In this document: positions 38,538-53,665 of the stretch, one piece after another | Layout: each line of letters begins with the position of its first letter | Numbering within the stretch: the first letter of the stretch is position 1 | Origin: Mytilus edulis | Lineage: Eukaryota | NCBI RefSeq assembly: GCF_963676685.1 | Contig: NC_092348.1 | Span: 3,596,001 to 3,660,000, forward strand | Length of the DNA: 64,000 nucleotides | Direction of reading: 5' to 3' | The notes under the pieces: model-generated | What the model was told of the DNA's origin: nothing | What the model saw: the letters and a program-made list of their open reading frames with translations, nothing else | Database searches by the model: none | Made by a program: the position numbers and the translations under genes

Positions 38538-40789
38538 CTAAATTATATATAGATATACTAAATAAATAAATGATTTGGAAAATACGTTGAAGGTATAAAA
38601 AGTCATGAGAATTCCTAATGGAATTAAGTTCTATCTTGGCACTTTGGTTCTGCACCTTGTTTCCATCTGGGTTTTTTTGGTTCTGAACCTTGGTTCTATC
38701 CGGGTTCTTTGGTTCGAAACCATGGTAACTGGTTCAACATTCGGGTTGTTTGGTTATAACAACCCAAGTTCTTGGTTCAATCTGGGTTCTATTCTAGATC
38801 ATTCTAATGTTCCCGTTGAACTCGGAGAAGATAATCGCAAGTATCCGAATAAAAAGATAAAGTAGGTTAAAGACGCTAAAATTCTTATATAACATTAATC
38901 GTTTCAGCATCGACGGTAAAAGAAGCTGAAAGGTATTTATTTTCTCATTTTAATTGTTTTGATTAGGAAACTAGATAAAAATAAAGCATCTTATAGGTTT
39001 TTAAGAATAAACCTAAATATACTATTTAGCGAACTTCCTTTTATCTAATTCAGTCGTTCTGTTTTCATTTATTTTTCTTTACTCGTCCCTTTATTCCGTT
39101 AATATTTCTAGTAGTTTTAAAACTACCCAACTAGGATATGTTGTTCAATTGGCCAACGATATGTGCATCTAGCCACTTGACCAGTTGACGACTTGCCATT
39201 ATATATATTTGATCGCACATTTATTTTCAAGTTTTACTAAATTTTATTTAATTGGCTTTGTACTGAATAATATAAGATTTGAAATTTGTATAGTATATAT
39301 ATGTAACAAATCGTTTTGTTCAAAAAAGAATATTAAAATACAAATGCAAAAGAAAGTGATGATCAATTTAAGTTTGTAAGCTTTAATTAGTTGAAAAACA
39401 AGCTATAAAATATTACAAAAATGTATATGTACAATAAATTTGTCAAATTTGATACTCCGTATGAAGGGCATGCATAACCATTCGGCCAAAAAAAAAGAAA
39501 TCAAAATTAAGATGGAATATTTTTATAATAAAATTGTGTGTGTGTGTGTGTGTTAATGACAGTGCTAGTGGGATGAGTATCACCACCATAATAGTCAGAC
39601 CTTCTGTGTTGGGGCCATAGTGGAGGGGCATAACGTGTTACCCATGTCCGACCGTCCTGAACGTCCCGAAAAAATAGATTCCGTTTTCCAAACTTTAGTT
39701 TGCCTTAATCAAATACAACAAAACTTATACACAATATAAAAAAGAAGATGTGGCATGAGTGGCAATGAGTACTCTCCACAAGAGACAAAATGACACAGAA
39801 ATTAACAACTGTAGGTCGCCATACGGCCTTCAACAATGAGCAAAGTCCATACCGCATAGTCGGCTATGAAAGGCATCGAAATGACAATGTAAAACAATTC
39901 AAACGAGAAAACTAATTTATGTAAAACAAAATGCATGAAAAACAAATATGTAACACAAACAAACGACAATCACTGAATCACAGACTCCTGACTTGGGACA
40001 GGCACATACATACAAAAACGGCGGGGTTTAACTTGTTAGTGGAATACCCACCCTCCATCCAATGTGTCATGAGTGCCATACAGAAAAGGCGGGGTTTATC
40101 TTGTTAGCGAAATCCACACCCTCCACCTAATGTGGCATGAGTGCCAATGAAAACTCTCCACAAGAGACCAGATGACACAGAAATTAACAGCTAGTATAGG
40201 GTACCATACGGCCTTCAACAATGAGCAAAGTCCATACCGCAAAGTCAACTATAAAAGGCACCGAAATTACTATGTAAAACAATTCAAACGTGAATTAAAT
40301 GAGCAATGATTTATTATGTCCCTTTAAAAACATAGAAAATGCTGGATTTTTCGTTTCCGTTCTCTTAAATAAGTTTGACTCAATCAAATTTTATAAACCT
40401 TATATGCAATGCGTATTATCCCATAACACAGCTCTATCAAGTTCGATATTGGTTGGCGTCACTGTTCATGAGTTATTAGATGAAGGTAGATGTGGTACGA
40501 GTACCAATGATACAAATTTCAACTCGGGGCATTAAGATAGGAAAAATGCTAAATCTGTTGTTTCCATTCTTTAACTTTAGTTTGCCTCACCAAATGTTTT
40601 AAAACTTTTACAACATGCAACATGGCAAATAAACATATTCTACATTTATTTCAATGAACAGCTTATTAACTTGCTTATTTTTTCAGGAACTCGGTGCAGT
40701 TTGGTAACAGACAGTGATGTTTCAAGTACATGTTACCAGCATAACAAAGTGTTTCACTAGATTGAGCTCTATGTCTAAACGTACTTTAA

Positions 40790-41535
40790 AGGTTTATTAA
40801 GAAGGGATATGATTACGATACTGTTGTCAAGTCATTAAAGATTGCAAATTTTGGCGTTAATATTGAGTCACTGATAAGGTCTTTGCATCGGAACTAAACA
40901 CATTTATTCTAAAAACAGTTGTTGGCATGACACGGGTTATGTTCTTCTCATATATGTTATGATGGTATGATACTAAACCCCTAACGGGAAGGATTGTGCC
41001 TGATGTTCATATGATGAAATCATAATCTTTCAGTCAGTTTAATTGAAGTCTGGAGCTGGCATGTCAGTTAACTGCTAGTAGTCTGTTGTTATTTATGTAT
41101 TATTGTCATTCTGTTTATTTTCTTTGGTTACATCTTCTGACATCAGACTCGGACTTCACTTGAACTGAATTTTAATGTGCGTATTGTTATGCGTTTACTT
41201 TTCTACATTGGTTAGAGGTATAGGGGGAGGGTTGAGATCTCACAAACATGTTTAACCCCGCCGCATTTTTGCGCCTGTCCCAAGTCAGGAGCCTCTGGCC
41301 TATGTTAGTCTTGTATTATTTTAATTTTAGTTTCTTGTGTACAATTTGGAAATTAGTATGGCGTTCATTATCACTGGACTAGTATATATTTGTTTAGGGG
41401 CCAGCTGAGTGACGCCTCCGGGTGGGGGAATTTCTCGCTGCATTGAAGACCTGTTGGTGACCCTCTGCTGTTGTTTTTTATTTGGTCGGGTTGTTGTCTC
41501 TTTGACACATTCCCCATTTCCATTCTCAATTTTAT
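40790..41535 (+). mobile_element. Penelope-like family B 3' end
   Basis: Collinear with 50335-51080; encodes IKKGYDYDTVVKSLKIA...SLHRN followed by a stop. Confidence 0.75.
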
Positions 41536-44225
41536 TTAAAGGTGCTTTGCACTGAGTTCAGTTTACTGATATGCGTATACCTTCCATGTGCATGTTTAAG
41601 ATGTAAGAACAGACTATCCATACCTACATGTCCATGAAATAAAGTATAAGGTAAAATGATTGAAACATTTTGCATTATCTATCACAACTGGCAGCACATG
41701 GTGCTACTGAAGCAGTAAATGTTCTCTCTAATTTTTCACGGGAAAGTACAGGATTTAGTTTTCATTTGAACCAAACATTTTTCAAAATTGAGAATGGAAA
41801 TGTGGAATATGTAAAAGAGACAGAAACATGACAAAAGAGCACAAAGTAGTCGAAGGCCACCGATGGGTGTTCAACAAAGCGATAAATTCCCTCGCCCGGA
41901 GGCGGGCTTCAGATGGCCCATTAACAAAATGTGAACTGGTATACTGCAGAATATAAAAATTAATCTACAATTAAAAACATACAAGACTATCAAAAACCAG
42001 AGACTCCTGACTTGATGTCAAGGTTATCATACAAAGAAACACACCCAATATGCATAGGTCAAGAATCAAAAAGTTATAGTCTGGTCAAGAGTTCCTTGTC
42101 AAAAAACACAAAGTAGATTTTGAGGGAACGGTTCATCGTGCATGTCGTGGTACACAATACAAACAAATATAGATATATATCTAATATAAATATAAGGAGA
42201 TGTGGTATGAGAGCCAATCAGGTAATTCTCCATTTTATTCAAACAAAATATACAAGGTGTACATTGAGGGCAAAGGTTAAGCTCACATGAAGTTTCTCGT
42301 TCCACTAGACTCACCATCGTATGACAATACTTCTGCATGCCACATATTCAGAAGCAAGGTCAATTGAAAATTATGTTTTGAGGTCAAGGTAATATACCAA
42401 GGAACACACTGTATCATGATGGCACACCCAACGTGCATATGTCAAAAGTCAAAAAGTCATAGTTGGGTCAAGAGTTCCATGTTAAAAATACACACAGCAG
42501 TCCTGCACGAAAGTTCATTATGGTACACGTAACAATGTCTTGTGTCATGATGCACTACACATGCCAAATACAGAAAACCTAGGTCAGAGACAGAAACACA
42601 AGACATGTAACTAAACTCAATTGAACGGTACTTGTATTGCAGATCACTACAATGGCCTTCAACATAGAACATAAACTCTCGCAACACTGCAAAGTTAAAA
42701 CCGTCTTTCACAAAAGTTTGAGCAGGATTCTTTGCAACTATTATCTTAATGTTGATTCAAAATCGAGTCGTTCAGTTAGGTCAATAAATTAAAACGACAA
42801 GATTCGACATTAAAACACTAAAAACTAGGGTTTACCATGAATTTCTGACCTACCCATGTGATAGTACTATGGTAAACTGATTGAAACACATGATACAGTC
42901 ATAAAATTGAATATTTGAAATAGTACGACTGACAATACAAGACAAAGTTGTAAACAAAACATACGAATTTTTAATCACAATGCACAAATAAGGAACCGTA
43001 TTTATTCATCTAAAATTTATACTTTCGTAAAACAATGGAAATTAGCACTGTATATTTATATAAACGATCATTCTTGTAACCTAGGTATAAATAAACAAAA
43101 GTATAACCCCTATCCCTTTGTGATCTTTCCCGTCACTCCAATAACCCTATAACCTGATACATAATTTTAACCAAAATCCTCAACGTAAAATCTAATGATG
43201 AGCCCTTAGATCAAAAGCTTCATTGCAAGCCGTCACTCTAAACACAGTACGCTTCTTCTGGGAAATGGAAAGTTGGCAATCGAAAAAAATTGATTCATAA
43301 CGTTAGTAATATTTATTTCTTTGCCTTTGTCCTTTAGTCATTTAATAATGTCCATCTAAATCGCAATTTTGTCACTGACATTGTCTGCGACTTATCCTCT
43401 TATATTTATTCCTTATATCGCAAGAGCCAGGATAAGGTATATATCTAGTTATCACTTGAATTCCTCCATCTGAAACATAAAGCGAGTACCTAGGATACGT
43501 CATCACAATGACATCACAAACTGAAAATGTACACCTTTTCATTTCATTTTCCCATGTCTGCTCTGTGTTATATTGGATAATGTGTGGTATTGAATGATAT
43601 ACCTATGTTGCGTCATCTGTAACTTTGAATGTTTCCCCTTCAACATTATTAAAACTTTGCAAAATGTGCCAATTTCAGATTTCTGAAAATGTCGTGATCA
43701 TTTTATAGCCTTGTTTTGTCGATTGTAATGATAACAAAAATAATAATTTGTATAACCACCATTTTCTGCATAAGGAAATTCCTGTACCCAGTCTGGAATA
43801 TAAAAGTTGTTTTCCATTCGTTTGATGTGTTCGAGCTTATGATTTTCCCAATTGATAAGGGACTTTCCGTTCTGAATTTTACTTGGAGTTTGGTATTTTT
43901 GTAATTTTACTTTTTTTTACTAATGTTTCGCATTCTTGGGCTTTCTATTCAGGCGATTTTATTTTCATATATAAAAACATTTTAATAATGCTCATTATAA
44001 CGATCGTCTGAAAATACTTATTTCTAACCAAAGCATACGGTGCATTAAAGCATGTTTGGCTTTACCAGACAACTATATATTAGAACATATTGATCAGACT
44101 GGTGACAACCAGATATTTTATGTACTTTTCTATGTAGAGAAGACTAAGGTTATAGTATTATTTCAAATAAAAAATTTAGATCCGAATTTCAAACAGAACT
44201 TACATAATAGGTTCTTTTTAAAATT

Positions 44226-44585
44226 ATCTGACAAAAAATAAAAGTGTAAGACAAAAAGAAAAACAGACCGAAAGCAGCGGAGTAAAGGCAAAAGTGCGAA
44301 CTAAAAGCAAATTAATTGGACAAAAAGCAAAACAGACTGAGAGCAAAAGTGTTGGATCAAAAGTAAAATTAGCGGGCGGGGGGGGGGGGAAGAAAAACAG
44401 ACCAAAGGCAACGGACAAAAGTAAAAGTATTGGACAATAACTAAATTTTAGGACAAAAAGAAAAGTGTTGAACAAGAAGTAAAAGTGTCTAACAAAAGGC
44501 AAAACAGACCAAAAGCTGCGGCCATAAAGCAAAAGTGTCATACTCAAATGAAAATAACCGGACAAAAAGCAAAAGTAACCTTCGG
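44226..44585 (+). repeat. A-rich degenerate minisatellite (GACAAAAAGCAAAAGT-like units)
   Basis: Repeated ACAAAAAG, CAAAAGT and AACAGACC motifs. Confidence 0.55.
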
Positions 44586-47500
44586 CTCATAACTTTCGTT
44601 TCGGAGATGTTAAGGAACGTACGTGCTGTTTTAAACGACAAAATGACTGACGTACAAAATGACTGACATGTTAACATTTGGGAAATCCCTCGTTATTAAC
44701 ATGCGACGTGGATCTAGATGAATAGATAAAACTCTAATAATAAACCTGTATAAAACCGAAGGTAATCAATAGTGCATTCAGATTAGACAAGTTTTTTTGA
44801 GTATCGGATGAACTTAATCACATTTCAACCGGTTCAGAAGTAGAAAAAAGTGTTTACTCATAGGATATAACCAACTTCAGCAAATGTGTAAGTATATAAG
44901 ATATTGAAAAATGGGGAATCTGTATCTTTAAAAGTAAAACTGTCTTTACTGCTACCATGTTATTTTTAGTGGAAGAAGACGTCAAGTCTTCTGAAGACTT
45001 AAGGGGCTGACCTTTGGCATTGAGCCTCCGTATGCCGCATTCGTTTCGTGTATTACAATTTCATAACAACTTAAGATTCCTGACACCGATTTTTACACAT
45101 GATTAGGCATCTGGATCATTTAATTTGTAAATTAGGATTGAAAAACAATCACTATCGTAAATATGAACCTTTTATTTATGTAAATTATCAGATTTCATCT
45201 CATCCACATGAACGTTATTTGTTTACTTGTCACAGGATGTTTTAACTGTAGATATTTGTATTACGCATGCGTGAATTTGGTATCGGGACAACTCGCCCTG
45301 TTTACAAGTTCGCCCTTGAAGTTACGAATTTGCAATCCTGCAGACAAGAAGATTTTGTTTTTTTGTAAATAAAAAGGATATATTTCTTATTAAATTGTTG
45401 TCTTAATTCATTGTTTTCCTTTGTCATGTGAATTAGATGCCCTTCTACTCCAAATGGTTTGAATCTATTTATAAAATTATTCAAGACTCAGTTGACAAGA
45501 GCAATACGTTGCTGTTTGGAGAATGTGATTAAAATCTAAGCTCATAGAAAAAGAAATATAATTGAAACTCAATGTACCTCCTTCTGAAGAATGTATTGCA
45601 ATATAAATATAAATTCCTTTTGACAAGAGAAATCTGACTTTTGTCAGAAATATTTTTTTCACATGTGCAAAGGTAATCACGTGTGTCGGCCATATTGGTT
45701 TGTTTACAACTATGTGAAGAACCATGACCTAAACATAAATAGTCTCTGAAAGCGTAAACTTCAAGCAATACTATTTTATCAATCATGAATATTTTCATAA
45801 ATTTAAATTTGATTATTTAAAGAAATAAAATTATAACAATTACGATTTTTGATAAGAGATTCTACACAGACATGCTTTAATCTATTTATAGCCAAATTAG
45901 TTTACCTGTGTGAAAATGTAAATAATTTGTTTACTAAACAAGTAAAGACAAACTATGGATGGAAGATAATAATTTACATAAATACTTCAGGACATTTAAT
46001 TGATTTTAATAAATATAGGATTTAAAAACTGCAAGTGGAAACAAATTTATTCATTAGCTACATAATCAGCTGATAATTTTATTTCACAAACATCGTGGTG
46101 ATGTTATTGATAAAAATCACTCCATCAATCCTCCAGCCCTTTCACATATTAAGCAATAGATCTACTCATTATTGTAGAATATTTAATGAATATACATTCA
46201 TCGTCTTATTGAATATATCGGGTAATCAGATATTTTTAGCTGACAATCTGGGTATCCCATTGGCCGGAGTCTACTGTACTACCAAAAACATGATAAAGAT
46301 AGTAAATAGTATTTTTTCACTAATTTATTGACAATTTATTGACATAATACTGGTTGTAACATATTTTATTTTTGTATTTAGGTTGGTACCCCCCACCCCA
46401 CCCCCACCCCAATTATGAGTGGTGTCCCTTAAATGAGGGACTGTCCCTAAAACAAGGGGTCATTTTACTGTTGAAAAAAAATAAAGTACATTTTGAAGAT
46501 TTTTATTAAACTCAAAAGTGGAAAAATGCATATTTGGTACAACTTTTCTAAATGAGGGGTCAAATTATTAAAAAAGATATAAGTTTAGAAACAACAGAAA
46601 ATTCTTTTGACATGTTTTGACTATTCAGTACTTTATAGATGCATAGTTCTTGGGGTAAAGTTTCATCAAATAATATGAATATAAATGACTTTTTTGGTGC
46701 TCATTTTTTACAGTGGGTTATACTGATCTTCCAGTTAGGTTAATCTCATTTGGAGTGTTGTTCCCAACCTGTTAAAGGTCCATCTTTGTGCATAATTTAA
46801 AATTGGAAATTTCAACAAGCATCTAATATTCTTACTCTGGAAAATAAACCCTGGTCTGCTAGCTTCATGTATATTTTTTCTACCGAATTAAAACTAGAAT
46901 CATGCAAACAGACTTAAGAAAAAGGCATGTAAGTTAATCATACAAATATGACACTTTTTCTAGACAATCAAGATCGTGCAAAATACATCGCTAAAAATTA
47001 TAACCTTTAAAAAAAAAATTTGTGCAGGAAAAACCCATATGGGAATTGGGAACTTTCAAAAGTTGGCGGGTATGTAACGAGCCTTACTTTTTTAAGCTCC
47101 ATTTGTGGGCAATATGTTTTCTAGTCTGTCCGTCCGTCCTGCTTCTGGTTATAAAGTTTAGGGTCGAGGTAGTTTTTGATGAAGTTGAAATCCAATCAAC
47201 TTGAAACTTAGTACACATGTGTTCCTTATGATATGATCTTCTTAATTTTACTGCCAAATTAAAGATTTTACCTAATTTTCATAGTCAACTGAACATAGAA
47301 AATGATTGTACGGATGGGAAATCCATGTACTTATGACCTTTTCTTGTTTGAAGAAAAAAAATACATTATAACGATAATGGAACAAAGCAGCCTGGGTTAG
47401 TGGGGCTGCTTTTATGGTAATTCAAGTTACCTTTTATTCACCTTCTTCCACTTCAGAGCTATCAGCTCTTTGATTCAGCTGTTATTATGATATTGTATAC

Positions 47501-49984
47501 ACATGGGATTCAAAAACAAACAATGGATTTATTTTTTTACATAAAAGTTAATTTGAATTTGTGAAAAGATACAAGCTATATAACATATACATGCATCACC
47601 CATATTTAACATTATATAATATTGTTTATATTCTATACACCTATTCTATATTAATCAGGTTCATAACAAATATTTCTGAATACTTGCACAGATTTGAATC
47701 TGATATAGTCAGAATGATTTTGCATGAATATTAGATATTTCATATTGAGGAAATGTTTCCATGAACTCATATTATACAAAATGAAATTCTATATTATTAT
47801 GTTTTAATGAAATATGTATTGGTACAGCATAAGTATTACTAAAAATAAATGTTCAAAATAACGTATGATCAACATAATTCCTTTGAAGCTATTATTTTTC
47901 ATTCAAAACCATGATCATGATGATGTAGGCTTCTCATTTCAAGTGTTTTACATTTGTCATTTTGGGACCTTTTAAATATATATAGCTGACTATATTGTAT
48001 ATGTGTTACTCATTGTTGAAGGTCATTTTGGTTGTTTATTTCTATGTCATTTTGGTTTCTTGTGGAGAGTTGTATCATTGGCAAGCCTACCACATCTTAT
48101 TTTTTATTCATTCATATCTTGTTAAGGACAAAAATATGTTGATATATTTATTTTCATCTAGTGATGTTATCACAATACAAAAAAGACCTTTGTACCATTT
48201 ATATGATAAAATCGGAGTTTTTAATGTAATGTAAGTTTACTGATTTTTTTAATTGATAAGTTCATTTTCGATCTGCGTCTAATAGTTACCAGTGTGTCAA
48301 TAATTACATGTTAACATTATATGGTAACAGAAATATTTCTTCAATAAATTCTACCCGTAACACCTCGATACAAATGAATCCGGAAGTTGATGGGGATGAC
48401 AACAGTTTCGAATGACTTTCAAATATTTATTTGAGTATATATCAATGTGTCAATGTGCAGGTTACTTTATCTAATCAATTATACAGGTGTTGCAAGTTTA
48501 AGATTTTGTATAATACGTTTGATAAAACTGCTCAATGCAAAACGCACAGACATGGTGCAAATTTCTACGTTTTTTTAGGTAAACAATAAGGAATATCTTT
48601 TCTTTCATAAATTTTTGTGTATCAACACTTTAAAGGGCATCTATATTTATATTTTTATTTCGCTTATATGAACATCTGAGGTCTTCGATGGTCAACCCGA
48701 CACTTACTTAGATGGCGTCTAGTGTAATACACACGAAACTAAGCTACATATACTCGAGTCCTGTAAATTAATTATTTGAGACTTTTTATAATTGGGAAAC
48801 ATGTGTTACATTGTTATAAATCAAAGTATCAGAATTTAAGTCAATTAGTGAAGATGAATTTGACAGCTGTTGCCCCACTAAAAGTATTAATTATTCGATG
48901 TCTGAACTTAGTGGTACACGGTAAATTCGATTTGAACGCGTCGACGTCCGGATTCATTTGTATTGGGATAATACGGGATAAAAGTTTTGATATAGAGATA
49001 TGACTTTGATTAAGATTCAATATTTTATTCTATTATAGTCTCACCACATACATGCAAATGATAAGGTTCAATAGAAATACCAATATTTTACTATCTGGTT
49101 GTAATCCAAAACGTTCGTTAAAACGTATTATAGCTTCTCGTATCATGATTTGTCTTATAATGGATCATTGGTGAATCGTCGCATTCAAAAGTTGAAAAAC
49201 TGTGTTTAATAATCGACCAAAGTTCAATTTCAGCGACAAACAGACATTGAAATGTCTATCATCTTTTTACAATAAGTATGTTGTTGTACGCGTCAAATAC
49301 CTTTGTATGTAAATCGTACTGCTACAAATGTCTTGTAAAAGAATTCAGAATAAATATACACTCCGGTGATACCACATACAAAAACATACCAGTCTGGCTA
49401 ATGATAAGTCCTTCATGGTTATATTGTTTTAAAGTACACACAACTGCAGTGCAAAGATCTGCAAAGGTTGACAAGTATGAAAATTAAGAATATGCGCTTT
49501 TCTCTAAGAATTAAAAAGACATACTGCATTATACTTGACTAAATGTATGTAAACTTATATAGATATTTTTATAGAGACAGAGAATCACTCTTAGCTGTGA
49601 AAAGTAAAATAACATAAAATCCAAAATTCGTTGAAAATTCTAAACGGAAAGACCCTAAGCAAATAGCAAAATTCAAAACCAAAATACATGTATTAAACGA
49701 AGTAATAACGACTGTCATATTCGCGACCTGGTACAGTCATTTTCTTGTGTAGAAAATGATGGATTAAATCTGAAATTAGGTCAAAGGTTATTTTGAAGGT
49801 AATGTTCTATTGGCACGTTCCTAGTGTGTATATGCTTCGCAACTTATTCGCTACATCCTTGTTTGTAGTCACTGTTCAGATTTGTATGAATGAAACTTAT
49901 AAATGTGTAACTGATCGATTTTTAAGTCAAGGACTTTGTTACTTTTGGTTAATCAACAAAATATTTAAAATAAAGGAGATAATT

Positions 49985-51080
49985 TTTCATTTCCTCCATT
50001 TTTAGATGGTGACGTTCCCTTGTCATCATCTTATGGTGTTTATATATCTAAACTTGTGCGATTCGCTCTTGCATGTAACAACGTATTAGATTTTAGCGAG
50101 AGAAATTTATGTATTACTGAAAAATTATTACACCAGGGTTTTCGATATCACATTCTAGTCAAAACATTTACTAAATTTTATCATCGGTATAAGGAAATAA
50201 TTCGTAAATATAACTCAACATGCAGACATCTTATACGTTCAGGTATTTCACATCCAATTCTTTATGATAATATTCTATACAAAGCACAAAAATGTCAGTT
50301 TTCACCTCAAAAGCATATAAAACCTTTGAACAGACTTATTAAGGATGGATATAGTTACGATACTGTTGTCAGGTCATTAAAGATTGCATATTTTGGCTTT
50401 AATATTGATTCACTTATAGGGTCTTTGCATCGGAACTAAACACATTTATTTAAAAAACAGTTGTTGTCATGACACGGGTTATGTTCTTCTCATATATTTT
50501 ATGATAGTAGGATACCAAACCCCTAACGGGAGGGATTTTGCCTGATATTCGTATGATGAAGACATAATCTTCCAATCAGTTTAATTAAGGTCTGTAGCTA
50601 GCATGTCAGTTAGCTGCTAGTAGTCTGTTATTATTTATGTATTATTGTCATTTTATTTATTTTCTTTTGTTACATCTTCTGACATCGGACTCTGACTTCT
50701 CTTGAACTGAATTTTGATGTGCCTATCGTTCTGCGTTTACTTTTCTACATTGGCTAGAGGTATATGGGGATGGTTTAGTTTTCATAAACATATTTGACGA
50801 ATAAACAATTTTGCGCCTGTCACAAGTCAGGAGCCTCTGGCCTTTGTTAGTCTTGTATGATTTTTAATTTTAGTTTCTTGTGTATAATTCGGAGTTTAGT
50901 ATGACGTCCATTATCACTGTACTAGTATGCATATTTTTTAAGGGGCCAGCTGAAGGACACCTACGGGTGTGAGAGTTTCTCGCTGCATTGAATACCAATT
51001 GGTGGCCTTCGACTGTTGTCTGCTTTATGGTCGGGTTGTTGTCGCTTTGACACATTCCCCTTTTCCTTTCTCAATTTTAT
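49985..51080 (+). mobile_element. Penelope-like RT C-terminal remnant (family B) with 3' tail
   Basis: FLDGDVPLSSSYGVYISKLVRFALAC...KLLHQGFRY...TFTKFYHRY, homologous to the family A thumb region. Confidence 0.75.
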
Positions 51081-51884
51081 TTACCTTTATTTATTTTTTT
51101 CATAAATACACAGATTTATTTAGAATGTTTGACTGTTATTAAAAACGCAAATCTATGCGATTCATAAAGTTAAGGATCATATGAACAATGTTAGTGTATA
51201 GGTTATCAATTTATCACAGGAGTAAAATCTTTTAATGTGGCTCGTGTTGTTTATTCTTTAGTTTTCTATGTTGTGGCATGTGTACTATTGTTTGTCTGCT
51301 TGTCTTTTTCATTTTTAGCCATGGCGTTGTCAGTTTATTTTAGATTTATGAGTTTGACTGTCCCTTTGGTATCTTTCGTCCCTCTTTTAATGATGTATTC
51401 ATTGCTATCAACATTGTTTTTGTTTTTAAGCCCACCTACGATAGTAGAGGGGCATTTATTTTCTGGTCTGTGTGTCCGTTCGTTCGTCTGTCCTGCTTCA
51501 GGTTAAAGTTTTTGATCAAGGTAGTTTTTTATGAAGATTTTACCCTAACTTTACGGTCCACTGAAGAAAGAAAATTATAGTGCGAGTGGGGGATCCATGT
51601 GCTATGAACACATGTGGAGTATTAAAACATAATGAACATTACTAAATATTATTGCTATAACTATACAATAATTAGAACCAAATATGTACATATGTTTGAT
51701 AACTTTTACTAATTGTTTGGCTTGCACAGTTTCATGCGTTTTTTGGACCATTTTATATCGTTCAAACACTAAATGTGGGAGAACCTTACTTGCTTGTGAA
51801 TGGATTTTAACTTATTTTCAGTAACTGCAATTACTCTTATTCAGGTGTTTTGTGTCATTGGTTTCTACCTCGTACCGGTTTTTT

Positions 51885-52634
51885 TTTTTAGCTCACCTGG
51901 TCCGAAGGGCCATGTGAGCTTTTCTCATCACTGGGCGTCCGTCGTCCGTCGTCCGTCGTCGTCGTTAACTTTTTACATTTTGAACTTCTTCTAGAGAACC
52001 ACTGAATGGAATGTAACCAAACATAGCATGAATGTTCCTTATGAAGTGCTGACCAAGTGTTGTTACTTTGTAGCCGAGGCTTTATCTAAGATGGTCGCCA
52101 GCGGGGGACTTAGTTTAACATAGGACCCTATGGGAAATGCATACACACGACTTCTTTTAGAGAACCACCAAAGGGAATGTAAGCAAACATAGCATGAATG
52201 TTCCTTATGAGATGCTGACCAAGTGTTGATACTTTGTAGCCGATCCATCATCCAAGATGGCCGCCAGCGGGGGACTTAGTTTAAACATAGGACCCTATGG
52301 GAAATGCATACGGATGACTTCGTTTAGAGAACCACTGAATGGAATGAAACCAAACATAGCATGAATGTTCTTTACGAGGTGCTGACCAAGTGTTGTTACT
52401 TTGTAGCCGATCCATCATATAAGATGGCCGCCGGAGGGAGACTTGGTTTAACATAGGACCCTATGGAAAATGCATACAAATGACTTCTTTTAGAGCATCA
52501 CTGAATGGAATGAAACCAAACATAGCATGAATGTTCCTGATGAGATGCTGACCAAATTTTATCTTTTTTTATATGATTTCAAAAACCCAAGTAGAGTCAG
52601 GTGAGCGATACAGGCTCTTGAGAGCCTCTAGTTT
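51885..52634 (+). mobile_element. Helentron-associated non-autonomous element (HINE/DINE-like) with an internal 166-167-bp satellite
   Basis: Subterminal inverted repeats GCTCACCTG (51891) / CAGGTGAGC (52598); GTC/GTCC microsatellite; repeat units at 51993, 52159, 52326 and 52492; 3' hairpin AGGCTC-TTGA-GAGCCT; T-rich flanks. Shorter similar elements at about 47090-47348 and 51425-51612. Confidence 0.85.
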
Positions 52635-52974
52635 ACTTTTTTTACCAGATGAGTGGAGTGTTGAGCGCTCGCTAATATATTTCCTCCAGCAACATTCTTT
52701 AGTTATCCAAAGTCAGGAACCTGTAATTCATGTTTGTCGTTGGTTCATTTCATTGTATTTGTTTTACGCAAATTATTTTGATATGAATTAGGCTGTTAGT
52801 TTTCTTATTTGATTTGATTCACATTTCTTATGCAAAAATCTTTTATAATCGACTATACGATATGAAAGGGTTTAACAACAGTACACTTGGATATAATTTG
52901 GAAAGCTGTTTGATAGTATTCATATTGGCAATAGTACGACTACTCCCCATTTCTCGTAGAATATTATGGACAAA

Positions 52975-53665
52975 ACTTACTATAAAAAGTTAGCAATATC
53001 CTTTAATTTTACTTTACGCTATATATATGATGTTCTCTCACTAGTTAATTCAATATTTGGTGACTATGTTGACAGCATCTATCCAATTGAACTAGAGATA
53101 AAGAATATAACTGATACAGTTAAGAAGGCCTCATATCTTGACATACATCTAGAAATTGACAAGGAGGGTCTGTTGAAAACAAAACGTTACGACAAAAGAG
53201 ATGATTTCAGCTTTCCAATTGTGAACTATCCATTTCTAAGTAGCAACATTCCAGCAGCACCTGCATACGGGGTATATATCTCCCGTGCATGTATGTCCTA
53301 TCATGATTTTCTTGATAGAGGGTTATTACTCACAAGGAAGCTCTTAAACCAAGAGTTCCAAATGGAGAAGTTAAAATCGTCCATTCGTAAATTTTACGGA
53401 CGCCATCACGAGTTGTTTGACCGTTATGGAATAACCGTTTCATAGATTATATCGGATATTTTCCTTACGTCGTAACTACTATCACCTTCCCTTTCAAGAA
53501 TGTGACCTACCGAATTAGACTTTTTACCGGGTTTGTAATAACATGAGCATATGTGGGGCAGGGTCTACTTACCCTTCCGGAGTACCTGAGATCACATCAA
53601 GTTGTTAGTGGGGTTCGTGTTGTCTTTATTTCAATTTTAGCCATGGCGTTGTCAGTTTATTTACT
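52975..53665 (+). mobile_element. Penelope-like RT C-terminal remnant (family A) with 3' tail
   Basis: RYIYDVL (decayed YIDD), SYLD, YDKRDDFSFPIVNYPFLSSNIPAAPAYGVYIS; no endonuclease domain follows. Confidence 0.8.

Noticed and set aside
38605-38865. 86-aa hydrophobic ORF
   Set aside because: Produced by a degenerate GGTTC-rich minisatellite.
42099-49990. Numerous 60-110 aa ORFs
   Set aside because: Low-complexity or repeat-derived; no motifs supporting real genes.
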